64,000 nt of DNA from Candidatus Adlerbacteria bacterium RIFOXYC1_FULL_48_26. Lineage in GTDB: Bacteria; Patescibacteriota; Minisyncoccia; Phycocordibacterales; SBAW01. Location of the stretch: assembly GCA_001773575.1 (NCBI GenBank), contig MEXB01000004.1:10217-74216 (forward strand), given 5' to 3'. Below the pieces are notes generated by a model. The model searched no databases. It saw nothing but the letters and a program-made list of their open reading frames with translations, and had not been told where the DNA came from. Shown piece after piece: positions 63,840 to 64,000 of this stretch. Made by a program: the position numbers and the translations under genes. Every line of letters begins with the position of its first letter. The first letter of the stretch is position 1.

Positions 63840-64000
63840 TGTCTGAAGAAAAAGGTTTCAAATTGTCTGCACCAGTAGCAATACTCCTTGCAGGTATTAT
63901 CATTGCAGCAGCCGTAGTTTTTACTAGCAAGCCTGCAGCTCCAGCTGAGGGTGCTGGACTTACGCCCCCTACAGTTTCTGTTAAAGATATCCGTCCACCA
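63840..64000 (+). CDS. 5' part of a gene for a membrane-anchored protein (partial; continues beyond the window)
   Basis: ATG at 63840 and TM helice VAILLAGIIIAAAVVF. Open to the window end. Confidence 0.4.

Noticed and set aside
1-64000. CRISPR arrays, cas genes, integrases, transposases, rRNA genes
   Set aside because: Reading through the window, I saw no periodic direct repeats with unique spacers, no recombinase or transposase-like ORFs, and no rRNA-like conserved stretches.

Overview
This window reads as a 64-kb chromosomal segment of a small-genome bacterium, roughly 50% GC with compact, overlapping genes and GGAGG-type ribosome-binding sites. The gene content looks like Patescibacteria/CPR, but that is inference. 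It contains the canonical replication-origin neighbourhood (jag-yidC-rnpA-rpmH | dnaA-dnaN, with DnaA boxes and an AT-rich unwinding element between dnaA and dnaN). It also carries many housekeeping genes: pnp, comM, uvrD/pcrA, rsmA, rdgB, a class A PBP, tyrS, ruvC-yebC-ruvB, pilB, tsaE, polA, TrmH-family methyltransferase, a Mur ligase, ruvA, rpsT, an OmpR-type response regulator, ruvX, csaA, dedA, mntH, rluA, rplS, mscL. Eight tRNA genes are present: Lys, Arg x2, Ser, Val, Leu, and a His with encoded G-1 and CCA.

The main accessory content is an 13-kb cluster at 10.3-23.3 kb, about 2 kb from the jag-yidC-rnpA-rpmH genes at the origin. It is a minimal type-IV-secretion-like module: a PrgI/VirB3-like protein, a VirB4 split into two adjacent ORFs, a VirB6/TrbL-like polytopic protein with a long tail, a VirB2-like Cys-rich pilin, and several secreted or low-complexity proteins. 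I see no relaxase, coupling protein or VirB11.

A second accessory region at 47.3-53.0 kb is compositionally mosaic. By eye it is about 60-68% GC and then about 37-40% GC, against a backbone near 50%. It contains a DnaA-C-terminal-HTH protein, a stand-alone ACP-like protein, tRNA-Ser, a HaeIII-like m5C methyltransferase with a putative restriction endonuclease, and a DUF2779 PD-(D/E)xK-plus-exonuclease fusion protein.

Other items worth a second look:
- A roughly 40-46-nt nested palindromic element lies in-frame in the comM linker and, in a second copy, interrupts a duplicated 5' fragment of tRNA-Val.
- A near-identical 55-58-nt segment is shared by two unrelated genes 13 kb apart.
- Six 21-nt tandem repeats encode heptads in a membrane protein.
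- An unexplained 475-bp non-coding gap lies upstream of the T4SS-like cluster.

Everything was read from the sequence alone; no similarity searches were run.
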